DNA of 32,000 nt from Wigglesworthia glossinidia endosymbiont of Glossina brevipalpis (lineage in GTDB: Bacteria > Pseudomonadota > Gammaproteobacteria > Enterobacterales > Enterobacteriaceae), in the NCBI GenBank assembly GCA_000008885.1, contig BA000021.3:630001-662000 (forward strand), given 5' to 3'. Positions 11,232-20,912 of this stretch are shown here, one piece after another. The notes below the pieces were generated by a model, which worked only from the letters and a program-made list of their open reading frames with translations, was not told the DNA's origin and ran no database searches. Each line of letters starts with the position of its first letter. Positions within the stretch are counted from its first letter, which is position 1. The position numbers and the translations under genes were made by a program.

Positions 11232-11708
11232 ATGAATAACGATGATAAAGAAAAAAAAATAAATTCCAATACAGTTGGAAAATCTTTAAAAACAGCAAGA
11301 GAAAATTTAGGATGGAGTCAAGAGAAAGTATCTAAAAAATTATGCCTCAAAGTATCAACAATACAAGATATAGAAAATAATTATATTAATTCAAATTTAG
11401 ATAAAACTTTTTTATATGGATATATTAGATCTTATGCAAGATTAGTAAAACTAACAGATAAAAATTTTTTAGTATTAATAGAAAATAACAAAAAAAATAA
11501 TTTTAATAAAATTAAATCTACTAGTAATTTTAAAAAATTAATAAAATATAAAAAAAAAGATATATGGTTAATAAGAATTACATGGATATTATTTTTTATA
11601 ATAATTATTTTAACAGGAATGTGGTGGTGGAAAAATTATCACACTAATAATAAAGATATATTAAATTATAAAAATTTATTTTTTCATAATTCATCTCAAA
11701 ATTTTTAA
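11232..11708 (+). CDS. rodZ: Truncated RodZ (YfgA)-like protein: N-terminal HTH plus TM segment, no periplasmic domain
   Basis: VGKSLKTARENLGWSQEKVSKKLCLKVSTIQDIENN (XRE-type HTH) then IWLIRITWILFFIIIILTGMWWWKNY (RodZ TM signature). Position between rlmN and ispG is as in E. coli. Confidence 0.88.
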   Translation: MNNDDKEKKINSNTVGKSLKTARENLGWSQEKVSKKLCLKVSTIQDIENNYINSNLDKTFLYGYIRSYARLVKLTDKNFLVLIENNKKNNFNKIKSTSNFKKLIKYKKKDIWLIRITWILFFIIIILTGMWWWKNYHTNNKDILNYKNLFFHNSSQNF

Positions 11709-11778
11709 AAAAATATAATATTAAACAAAATGATTTTTATCTATATTAAATAAATATTTTAATTAACGACGCGTTAAA

Positions 11779-12879
11779 ATGAAAATTAATAATTATATTA
11801 TTAGAAGAAAATCAAAAAAAATTTACATAAAAAATGTTCCAATAGGTGGAGATTCTCCTATTTCCGTACAATCAATGACAAATACTTGTACAACAGATAT
11901 AAATTCTACTATTTCTCAAATAAATAAATTACAAAAAGCTGGAGCAGATATAGTTAGAGTATCTATCCCCACATTAGAAGCTGCAGAATCCTTTAAAATA
12001 ATAAAAAGAAATGTTTCTATTCCAATAGTTGCAGATATACATTTTGATTACAGAATAGCTTTAAAAGCTGCTGAATACGGAGCGGATTGTTTGAGAATAA
12101 ATCCAGGAAATATAGGGAAGCTAAATAGAATTATTTCTGTTGTGAGTACAGCTAAAGAAAAAAAATTACCTATTAGAATAGGAGTGAATTCTGGATCTTT
12201 AGAAAAAGATATAGAAAATAAATACGGAATTAATAATCCAAAATCTTTGTTTGAATCAGCAATGAGGCATGTTAACATTTTAGAAAAATTAAATTTTGAC
12301 ATGTTTAAAGTTAGTGTTAAATCTTCAGATGTATTAACTTGTGTACAATCATATAAATTATTAGCATCTAAAATAGATCAGCCTTTACATCTTGGGATAA
12401 CAGAATCAGGAAGTATGTTGCATGGTTCAATAAAATCTTCTATAGGAATTGGATTATTGTTGAGTGAAGGAATAGGAGACACTTTGAGAGTTTCTTTAGC
12501 AGCAGATCCAATTGAAGAAGTCAAAGTGGGATTTAGCATTTTAAGATCATTAAATATTAGAAAAAGAGGAATAAATTTTATTGCTTGTCCTACTTGTTCT
12601 AGACAAGAATTTGATGTAATAAATGTTGTTAATGTTTTAGAAAAAAGATTAGAAGATGTTATTACTCCAATGAATGTCTCTGTAATTGGTTGCATGGTGA
12701 ATGGATTGGGAGAAGCTAATAGAGCTGATATTGGAATTTCTGGAAGCCGAAATAAAAGTATTTTATTTGAAAATGGATTAAGAAATAATAATAAAATTAA
12801 TAATGAAGAAATAATTGATAAATTAGAAAAATATATCAGAAAAAAAGTAAAAATTTTAAACTTAAAAAACAATTGTTGA
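11779..12879 (+). CDS. ispG: 4-hydroxy-3-methylbut-2-enyl diphosphate synthase (flavodoxin)
   Basis: [49 protein letters not shown]-type [22 protein letters not shown], and [21 protein letters not shown]. Confidence 0.98.
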   Translation: MKINNYIIRRKSKKIYIKNVPIGGDSPISVQSMTNTCTTDINSTISQINKLQKAGADIVRVSIPTLEAAESFKIIKRNVSIPIVADIHFDYRIALKAAEYGADCLRINPGNIGKLNRIISVVSTAKEKKLPIRIGVNSGSLEKDIENKYGINNPKSLFESAMRHVNILEKLNFDMFKVSVKSSDVLTCVQSYKLLASKIDQPLHLGITESGSMLHGSIKSSIGIGLLLSEGIGDTLRVSLAADPIEEVKVGFSILRSLNIRKRGINFIACPTCSRQEFDVINVVNVLEKRLEDVITPMNVSVIGCMVNGLGEANRADIGISGSRNKSILFENGLRNNNKINNEEIIDKLEKYIRKKVKILNLKNNC

Positions 12880-12901
12880 TATTTTATTTAAACAATAATA
12901 T

Positions 12902-14200
12902 ATGAAAAAAAATTTAATTATTAGCAACGTAAGAGGATCAAAAGACATAACACCAGAATGCATGCATATATGGAATTATGTTGAAACAAAAATAATAAAA
13001 ATAGTTGATAGTTATAATTATAAAGAAATTAGATTTCCAATTATGGAATTTGCTAAATTATTTTCTAAAGCTATTGGTGATGATAATATAGTGGTAAATA
13101 AGGAAATGTATATTTTTTTAGATAAAAACAAACATGAACTAGCTTTAAGGCCAGAAGGTACTGCTGGATGTGTTAGATCTTGTATTTTTAATAAATTATT
13201 AAAAAATAATATAACAAGATTATGGTATATGGGCCCAATGTTTAGATACGAAAGACCTCAAAAAGGAAGGCAAAGACAATTTTCTCAATTAGGCATAGAA
13301 ATTTTTGGGTCAGATAGTTACAGTGCAGAATTTGAATTAATTTCTATTTCTAATAGAATATGGAAATCTTTAAATATAAATAAACACGTATATTTAGAAT
13401 TAAATTCTATAGGAAACTTACAAGAAAGACAAACATATCAAATTGAATTAAAAAAATTTTTATTAATACATGAAGATAAAATAAAAAAATTTTTTTTGAA
13501 TGATATTACTAAAAATCCAATTAAAATATTTAATACAAATAACAAGTATATAAAAAATTTATTAAAACAAGCTCCTAAAATTATTGATTCAATAGGAATT
13601 AATTCAAGAAATACATTTTTTTATTTATGTGATATTTTAAAAAATTTAAAAATTCCATATAAAATAAATCCTTTTTTATTCAGAGGGTTAGATTATTACA
13701 ATGATATAGTATTTGAATGGATGTCAAAAGAAATAAATAATACTAAAATTGCAATTTGTAGCGGAGGAAGGTATGACAATTTAGTTAAAAACATGGGTGG
13801 TATTTATACTCCAGCTGTAGGTTGTGCAATTGGTTTAGAACGTTTAATTATGTTAGTAAGTTCTCTTTCAAAAGAAATAAAAAAAAAGTCTTCCATAGAT
13901 ATTTGCATAATTCCTATAAATATAAAAATAGAAAAAGAAGTTTTAATTTTTTCAGAAAAATTAAGAGATATTTTTTCTTATAAATTAAGAATTAAAGTTG
14001 ATAATAGTCAAAAAAATTTTAAAAAAAAATTAAAAGATGCTGATAAATTAGGATCAAAGATTGTTATAATATTAGGGGAAAATGAAATAAAAAATAAACA
14101 AATAACAATAAAAAATTTATCAACAAGAAAACAATATACTTTATACATAGATGATGCAATTGAAAAAATTAAAAAAATTTTTACAAAAAACATTCAATAA
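12902..14200 (+). CDS. hisS: Histidyl-tRNA synthetase
   Basis: [51 protein letters not shown] (class II motif 2) and GLERLIML. Confidence 0.98.
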
Positions 14201-14208
14201 AAATTTTT

Positions 14209-14696
14209 ATGAAAAAAATTAATTATATTAAGAAATTTATAAAAAAAAATTTTTTTTATTTTTTTTTATAATAATATCATTATCAATAATAACAGTGTAT
14301 GCATTCGCTTCATATAATGCAAAAAAAGAAAAAGAAATTTTTTTATCTATGGATGAATGGAATAAAATACAATTTAATTTAATTAAAAATATTTACGAGA
14401 TAAAAAAATATGATAAACAGGCAGAAGAGTATGAAAATATTTATTCTATTTTAGTATTATTAGGAAAAGCAAAAATTAGTGTAGAACAAAGCAATTTTAA
14501 AAAATCTGAGTTTTATTTAGAAAATGCTTTGATGAAAGCTAAAGATGAAAATTTAAAATCTTTGATATCTTTGAGATTATCTAAAGTAATGATACAGCAA
14601 AAAAAAATAGATAAAGCTATAAATATATTAAATAAAATAGATCAACCTGGATGGAAAGATTTATCTTTAAATATATTAAATAATATTAAAAAATAA
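14209..14696 (+). pseudogene. yfgM: YfgM-like ancillary SecYEG/periplasmic chaperone protein, C-terminally shortened and split between two frames at its TM region (pseudogene or slippage-decoded)
   Basis: The 14295..14696 ORF (KSEFYLENALMKAKDENLKSLISLRLSKVMIQQKKIDKAINILNKIDQPGWKD) matches YfgM residues in the hisS-(yfgM)-der context. The start-proximal part MKKINYIKKFIKKNFFYFFL (14209 onward) is in a different frame, with homopolymer runs between them. Confidence 0.7.
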
Positions 14697-14791
14697 AATA
14701 TATATGTTTAATATACAATATTATAAATAACAACAGTTAAAATTTTTATAAATATAATAAAAATTTAATAATTAAATAAAAATAAAAAAAT

Positions 14792-16162
14792 ATGAATCTT
14801 ATTGTTTCAATAATAGGAAAGCAAAATTCTGGAAAATCTACTTTATTTAATAAACTTACAAAAAAAAGACGAGCTTTAGTTTCTAAAGATCCAGGATTTA
14901 CTTCAGATAGACAATATCTTTTAAGAATTTGGAAAAAAAGAAAATTTATTTTTATAGATACACCATCTATTTATTTAATAAATAAAAAAAGCAAATTCAA
15001 TAATCAATCAATTATTGCTATAGAAGAATCACATGTAATACTTCTAGTTATACGATATGAGTCTTATGGTTCATTAGATAATCATCTAAGCATAATAGCT
15101 TTTTTAAAAAGAAATAAAAAAAATTTTTTTGTAATTCTAAATTTAGATGATAATTTTAACAAAAATTATAATTTTACAGATAAAATTTATTTTTTAGGCA
15201 TTGATAAAATATGTTATTTAAATTTTTTAAAAGAAAATAATTTTAAAAAAATATTTAAAAATATATTATATCCAGAACATTTATCTTCTTTCAAAGAATC
15301 TAACAAAAATAACAAAGTTTCATCTGCAATAAAAAATTTAACATTGAACAAAATAGAAATGGATAAATATCCAAAAATAGCAATTATAGGTCGTCCAAAT
15401 TCTGGAAAATCTACATTAATGAATTGTATTTTAAGACAAAATAGATCTACCGTATCCAATTCACCAGGAACAACAAAAGATGTTTTATATAGCTTATACT
15501 CTAATAAAGAAAAAACTTATTTGTTTATCGACACTGCCGGTCTAGTAAAGAAAAAAAATTTTGTACATATAAATAAATCAGTAATAAAAAACACATTAAA
15601 TGTAATTAAAAAAATTGATGTATCTATTCTTGTGATAGATTCTTGCGTAGGAATTACCAAGCAAGATTTATTTTTTTTAAATTATATATTAAAATATAAT
15701 AAATCTTTAATAATAGCAGTTAATAAGTTAGATTTAATATCTAAAAAAAATAAAAAAGAAATAAAAGAAAAAATAATAAAAAAAATTAGTTTTTTTAAAT
15801 TTATAAAAATACATTTTATATCAGCTATATGTTCTTTTGGAATAAATAATCTTTTATATTCAATAAAAGCAACTTACAAAAATAAATTATTAAAGTTTGA
15901 AACTTCTAAATTAACACGTATTTTAAGAAAAGCTACTTTTAACAATCAACCTCCTATGTTAAATGGTATAAGATCTAAATTAAAATATGCTCATCCTGGT
16001 GGATATAATCCTTTAGTTATTGTTATACATGGTATAAAGGTTATATCTTTACCTAAAAACTATATTTCTTATTTAAAAAAATTTTTCATAAAAGAACTAA
16101 ATATTATTGGTACATCTTTAAAAATAAAATTCATTAGTTCTATCAATCCGTATTCAAAATAA
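14792..16162 (+). CDS. der: GTPase Der (EngA), tandem G domains, first domain diverged
   Basis: Two P-loops, GKQNSGKST and GRPNSGKST. The second domain has DTAG and NKLD and the C-terminal KH-like region with NGIRSKLKYAHPGGYNPLVIVIHG. Confidence 0.95.
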   Translation: MNLIVSIIGKQNSGKSTLFNKLTKKRRALVSKDPGFTSDRQYLLRIWKKRKFIFIDTPSIYLINKKSKFNNQSIIAIEESHVILLVIRYESYGSLDNHLSIIAFLKRNKKNFFVILNLDDNFNKNYNFTDKIYFLGIDKICYLNFLKENNFKKIFKNILYPEHLSSFKESNKNNKVSSAIKNLTLNKIEMDKYPKIAIIGRPNSGKSTLMNCILRQNRSTVSNSPGTTKDVLYSLYSNKEKTYLFIDTAGLVKKKNFVHINKSVIKNTLNVIKKIDVSILVIDSCVGITKQDLFFLNYILKYNKSLIIAVNKLDLISKKNKKEIKEKIIKKISFFKFIKIHFISAICSFGINNLLYSIKATYKNKLLKFETSKLTRILRKATFNNQPPMLNGIRSKLKYAHPGGYNPLVIVIHGIKVISLPKNYISYLKKFFIKELNIIGTSLKIKFISSINPYSK

Positions 16163-16209
16163 TTATTTAAAATAATGTCCTTAATGTTAATATTTATTTA
16201 ATTAATAAA

Positions 16210-17835
16210 TTAAAAATTAATTTTTGGTTCAAATTTAATTAATTTTTTTCCTAACTTTGTATGTGAAAATTTTTTAAAATTTTTAATAAATTTTTTAGAT
16301 AAAATAGTTGCTTGTTTGATCCATTCTTCATTTGAAGAAAAAAAATTTCTAGGATCTAAAAATAGATCAGGCACTCCTTCAATTTTCTTTGGAATTTTCA
16401 AATTGAAAATTGGTATATAATTTTCATCAATAAATTCTATTTTATCATCTAGAATAGCGTTTATTATTGATCTTGTATATTCAAGAGAATATCTTTCTCT
16501 TTTACCATTCCATCCTGTATTAACTAAAAATATTTTTGAATTATAATATTTTATATATCTTAATAATATTTTAGCATAAACAGTAGGATGTAAAGATAAA
16601 AAAGCTTCACCAAAACAAGAGGAAAAAGTAGGTTCTGGATCAATTATTCCACGTTCTGTTCCAGATAATTTAGATGTAAATCCAGATAAAAAATAATATT
16701 GTCCTTGAAAATATGATAATTTAGAAACAAATGGGAATACTCCAAATGCATCTGCTGTTAAAAATATAATATTCTTAGGATGTCCTGACTGGGAAATAGG
16801 CTTAACTATATTTTTAATATGATTAATTGGATATGATACTCTAGAATTTTCTGTTTTTGTTCCATCAAAAAAGTTTATGTTTGAATCTTTCAATACCATA
16901 ACATTTTCTAAAATAGCATTTTTTTTTATAGCATTAAAAATTTCTGGTTCTTTTTCTTCAGATAAGTTAATAGTTTTAGCATAACATCCTCCTTCAAAAT
17001 TAAAAACACCATCCTTACACCATCCATGCTCATCATCTCCTATTAAATATCTTTTTGAGTCAGTAGATAATGTAGTTTTTCCAGTTCCTGATAGTCCAAA
17101 AAATAAAGCTACGTCTTTTTTAAATCCCTCATTGGCAGAACAATGCATAGATGCTATATTTTTTAAAGGTAATATGTAATTCATTACAGAAAATAAACCT
17201 TTTTTTATTTCACCTCCATACCATGTTCCACCTATCAACAAAGTATTTTCAGTTAAATTTATTGCAATAAAATTTTCTGAATTTAATTTATGATCTTTCC
17301 ATTTTTTATTAATTGCTTTTGGAACACTAAATACGGTAAAATCTTGTAAAAATTTATTTAATTCTTGTTCGATTGGTTCTATAAACATGTTTTTAAAAAA
17401 ATGAGCTTGCCATGCGATATCAGTAATAAATCTTACTTTTAATCTATTTTTTTTATTAGCACCGCAAAAAGCGTCTATTACAAATAATTTTTTATTATTT
17501 AAATTATTTGCAATTAATTTTTTTAGATCTTTCCATGTTTCGTTGTTTATAGGATGATTATTACTTTTGTGATTATTATCGTCTGACCACCAAATAATGT
17601 TTTTTGTTTTTTCATCTCTTACATAATATTTATCTTTTGGAGATCTTCCAGTAAATTTTCCTGTGTCTACAGCAATTGCTTGTAATTTAGTCAATATACA
17701 TCTTTCTAATCCTTTTAAATTTTTATTAGTTTCTTCTTTAAATAAAGTGTCATAATTTGGATTATAAATAATATTAGAATATTGCTCTATGCCGACTTGA
17801 TTTAAAGTAATCAAAATATTTTCTTTATTTTTCAT
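16210..17835 (-). CDS. pckA: Phosphoenolpyruvate carboxykinase (ATP)
   Basis: 541 aa with [46 protein letters not shown] and [10 protein letters not shown]. Confidence 0.98.
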   Translation of the reverse strand: MKNKENILITLNQVGIEQYSNIIYNPNYDTLFKEETNKNLKGLERCILTKLQAIAVDTGKFTGRSPKDKYYVRDEKTKNIIWWSDDNNHKSNNHPINNETWKDLKKLIANNLNNKKLFVIDAFCGANKKNRLKVRFITDIAWQAHFFKNMFIEPIEQELNKFLQDFTVFSVPKAINKKWKDHKLNSENFIAINLTENTLLIGGTWYGGEIKKGLFSVMNYILPLKNIASMHCSANEGFKKDVALFFGLSGTGKTTLSTDSKRYLIGDDEHGWCKDGVFNFEGGCYAKTINLSEEKEPEIFNAIKKNAILENVMVLKDSNINFFDGTKTENSRVSYPINHIKNIVKPISQSGHPKNIIFLTADAFGVFPFVSKLSYFQGQYYFLSGFTSKLSGTERGIIDPEPTFSSCFGEAFLSLHPTVYAKILLRYIKYYNSKIFLVNTGWNGKRERYSLEYTRSIINAILDDKIEFIDENYIPIFNLKIPKKIEGVPDLFLDPRNFFSSNEEWIKQATILSKKFIKNFKKFSHTKLGKKLIKFEPKINF

Positions 17836-18309
17836 ATTACACCTAATTTTTATGATGAAAATAAACTATAAATAATACCCTAAAGTATCTTATATTATAT
17901 TTTATTAATATAATATATGTATTTTTAAATAAATAAATATAAAATAATCAATAAAAATATATTATATTAAACAATATTTTCACATTTTTATTAATTTAAT
18001 GTATTTAATTTTTATTAAAATTAATTAATTATAATTTAAATGTACTATTTATATAATTGATACAAATTTTTATAGATTAATTTGAATAAATTGGTTAGAG
18101 TTTTATATTATAATTTTAATTATACTTTAATAATTTTTAATGTTTTTTAAAAAATTATTTAAATAATATTATACTAATTATAATAATTTAATTTTTATTA
18201 AAAAAACAATTTTTAATAAAAATATTAAATAATTTATTTTATATAATGGTGGTCTCGATAATTTTAAAAATTGAGATTTGTTAATAACATACTTATTAGT
18301 ATTAAAAAT

Positions 18310-18831
18310 ATGGTAGAAAAAAGAAATATTTTTTTAATTGGTCCTATGGGAGCTGGAAAAAGCACCATTGGAAGACAAATATCTCAGCAACTAAGCATGG
18401 AATTTTTTGATTCTGACCAAGAAATAGAAAAAAGAACAGGAGCAGATATATCTTGGGTATTAGACTTAGAAGGAGAAAATAAATTTAGAATTAGAGAAGA
18501 AAAAATAATAAATGAGATTACAGAAAAACAAGGAATTGTTCTTGCAACTGGAGGAGGATCAATTCAATCTAGAAAAACTAGAAATCGTTTATCTGCTAGA
18601 GGTCTTGTAGTTTATTTAGAAACAACTATAGATAAACAATTAGATAGAACTAAAAGAGATAAAAAAAAACCAATTTTACAAAATAAAAATTCTGTTAAAT
18701 CTTTTTTAGAAAAATTAGCGACAGAAAGAAATCCTCTATATGAGGACATAGCAGATTTAATTATAAAAACAGATTTTAAAAGCGCAAAAATAATAGCACA
18801 TCAAATAATTAATACTTTGTTTAAAACTTAA
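18310..18831 (+). CDS. aroK: Shikimate kinase I
   Basis: [67 protein letters not shown]...[24 protein letters not shown] 18310 matches the family start. The track start at 18271 (TTG) is likely spurious. Confidence 0.97.
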   Translation: MVEKRNIFLIGPMGAGKSTIGRQISQQLSMEFFDSDQEIEKRTGADISWVLDLEGENKFRIREEKIINEITEKQGIVLATGGGSIQSRKTRNRLSARGLVVYLETTIDKQLDRTKRDKKKPILQNKNSVKSFLEKLATERNPLYEDIADLIIKTDFKSAKIIAHQIINTLFKT

Positions 18832-19279
18832 CTTTATATAATAATATTTACTTTATTAATTAAATAATATGATGTAATATATAAAATATTTCAAATATAA
18901 ATATTTTATTTTTAAATAAATAAATCTCAGAAACTATACATATAAATTATATTTTGAATGATAATTAAATTTATAGCTATATTGATAAAACTATATTAAA
19001 GATTTTATTAAATTAAAAATAAAAATACAAAACATTAATTTATTTTAAATGTAAATATAAAATCTTTACATAAATAATTAATATTATCATTTGCAATTAA
19101 ATAACTTTTAAAATTATTAATAAAAATTATATTTTATATAACATTAAAATATTAAATTAATTATAATTAAATTTATTTTATAAAATATAAATTTTTTAAA
19201 ATATTTTTTTATAAAAATAAAAAAATAAATAAATTGATTATTAAAATTTAAAATAACTGGTAATCATATAAGGTATAAT

Positions 19280-20104
19280 ATGAATAAAGAAAAATATGAT
19301 ATAGATTTTAAAAATGATATAAATAATAATTCTACATATATTTCTAGAAAAATATCTATGGATAACAAAAAAAAATTATTAGATAAAAATCGTTTTATGA
19401 TTGCGGCAAGTATTATTTCTATATCACTAATCATAATTATAGGTTTATTATTAAAACATTTTTCAAAAAACAAAACAGTTGAAGAAGAATTAAAAATAAA
19501 TCAACCAAAAAAAACAATAGAAGAAAAAGATAATGAATTAAATAGCGATGTTAAAAAAACAACAGAAACATCAATTAATAATTCTTACATAACAGAAGAA
19601 AAGGAAAAATTTTTAAATAAAACAAACGAAAAAGAAGAAAAAAATTATATAAATGCAGATAATATAAAAAAATCTTCAAGTGAAGACATTTTAAAAAATA
19701 AAAAAGAAGAAATAAATTCATTCAAAACAAATAAAAAAACTACTGAAACTTCTGAGGTTATATTAGAAAATAAAAAAATAAAAGAAATATCAAAACAAAA
19801 TAAAAACGAAAAAATCAAAGAATTCAATTTTATTGAAAATTCTCCATATAATCATTATATAATACAAATTAATAGTTCTTCTAATTTAGAAGAAATAAAA
19901 AAATATGCTGATAAAAAACAAATTAATCCATACTGGATAAACAAAACATCAAAAAATGGAAAACCATGGTATGAATTAATAATTGGAACATTTAGTTCTT
20001 TTAAAGAGGCTAAAAAAGCAATAGAAAAATTTCCAAAAGAAATAAAAAATAACAAACCATGGATAAGGCAAATTCAACAAATTAAAAGTAATAAAAATAA
20101 ATAA
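19280..20104 (+). CDS. damX: DamX-like cell-division protein with single TM and C-terminal SPOR domain
   Basis: TM segment RFMIAASIISISLIIIIGLLLKHF, low-complexity Lys/Glu/Asn linker, and C-terminal HYIIQINSSSNLEEIKKYADKKQINPYWINKTSKNGKPWYELIIGTFSSFKEAKKAIEKFPKEIKNNKPWIR resembling DamX SPOR. The position aroK...rpe supports it. Confidence 0.85.
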   Translation: MNKEKYDIDFKNDINNNSTYISRKISMDNKKKLLDKNRFMIAASIISISLIIIIGLLLKHFSKNKTVEEELKINQPKKTIEEKDNELNSDVKKTTETSINNSYITEEKEKFLNKTNEKEEKNYINADNIKKSSSEDILKNKKEEINSFKTNKKTTETSEVILENKKIKEISKQNKNEKIKEFNFIENSPYNHYIIQINSSSNLEEIKKYADKKQINPYWINKTSKNGKPWYELIIGTFSSFKEAKKAIEKFPKEIKNNKPWIRQIQQIKSNKNK

Positions 20105-20194
20105 ATTATTATTTATATGTAATAAATAGAAATTTATTGCATTTGATTTAAAATTTTTTATAAATATTCTAATACATATACAAATTAATTTATT

Positions 20195-20896
20195 ATGAAT
20201 AATAATTTTTTTATTTCACCGTCTATTTTGGCAGCTAATTTCGCAAATTTAGGAGAAGAAATACGTAAAGTTATTGATGCAGGAGCTGACATTATTCATT
20301 TTGATGCAATGGATAATCATTATGTTCCAAATTTAAGCATTGGACCAATAGTGTTAAAATCAATAAGAAAAGATGGAATAATAATTCCAATAGAAGTTCA
20401 CTTGATGGCTAAACCTATTGATGAATTAGTAGTTTCATTTATTAAAACAAAAGCAAATTGTATTATTTTTCATCCAGAATCAACCAAAAATGTTAATTTT
20501 TTGTTAAAATTAATCAGAAAAAATAATTGTAAAGCAGGTTTAGCATTTACTTTAACTACATCTCTGAATTATTTGAAAAATAAAAATATAGTTAAAAATT
20601 TAGATATAGTTCTTATTATGTCTGTTTCTCCAGGATTTAGCGGGCAAAAATTTCAAAAATCTGCGATAAAAAGATTAAAAATAGCACGTAAATTAATTGA
20701 TGATAGTGGATATAATATTCTAATAGGAATAGATGGAGGTGTGAATGATGATAATATTTATGATGTAGCATATGCTGGAGCAGATATTTTTGTTATTGGA
20801 TCATCAATATTTAGTAAAAATAATTATTTTAAAACTATAAAAAATATGAAAAAGAAAATAAAATCTGCAAAAATTAATATTTTGAAAAATTTGTAA
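20195..20896 (+). CDS. rpe: Ribulose-phosphate 3-epimerase
   Basis: FISPSILAANFANLGEEIRKVIDAGADIIHFDAMDNHYVPNLSIGPIVLKSIRK and VLIMSVSPGFSGQKFQ, IDGGVNDDN. Confidence 0.98.
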   Translation: MNNNFFISPSILAANFANLGEEIRKVIDAGADIIHFDAMDNHYVPNLSIGPIVLKSIRKDGIIIPIEVHLMAKPIDELVVSFIKTKANCIIFHPESTKNVNFLLKLIRKNNCKAGLAFTLTTSLNYLKNKNIVKNLDIVLIMSVSPGFSGQKFQKSAIKRLKIARKLIDDSGYNILIGIDGGVNDDNIYDVAYAGADIFVIGSSIFSKNNYFKTIKNMKKKIKSAKINILKNL

Positions 20897-20912
20897 TTTA
20901 AAATTATTTAAA

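Noticed and set aside
12048-12872. Antisense ORFs inside ispG (12048..12302 and 12378..12872, minus)
   Set aside because: They lie opposite a strongly conserved gene and have no recognisable domains. They are most likely reverse-frame artefacts of the coding strand.
14008-15459. Antisense ORFs opposite hisS (14008..14193) and der (15214..15459)
   Set aside because: Low-complexity Phe/Lys-rich shadow translations of conserved genes.
17880-18270. Many short AT-rich palindromes and tandem-like TTAAT/ATTAA strings in intergenic regions
   Set aside because: Such patterns are expected by chance in extremely AT-rich DNA and lack GC-containing stems or regular periodicity.
18271-18309. N-terminal extension of aroK ([13 protein letters not shown])
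   Set aside because: It requires a TTG start and does not match shikimate kinase. ATG 18310 gives the exact family start.
19264-20055. Three antisense ORFs opposite damX
   Set aside because: They are reverse translations of a Lys/Asn/Glu-rich linker, giving Phe/Ile/Leu-rich strings that mimic membrane proteins. The sense strand ends in a recognisable SPOR domain.
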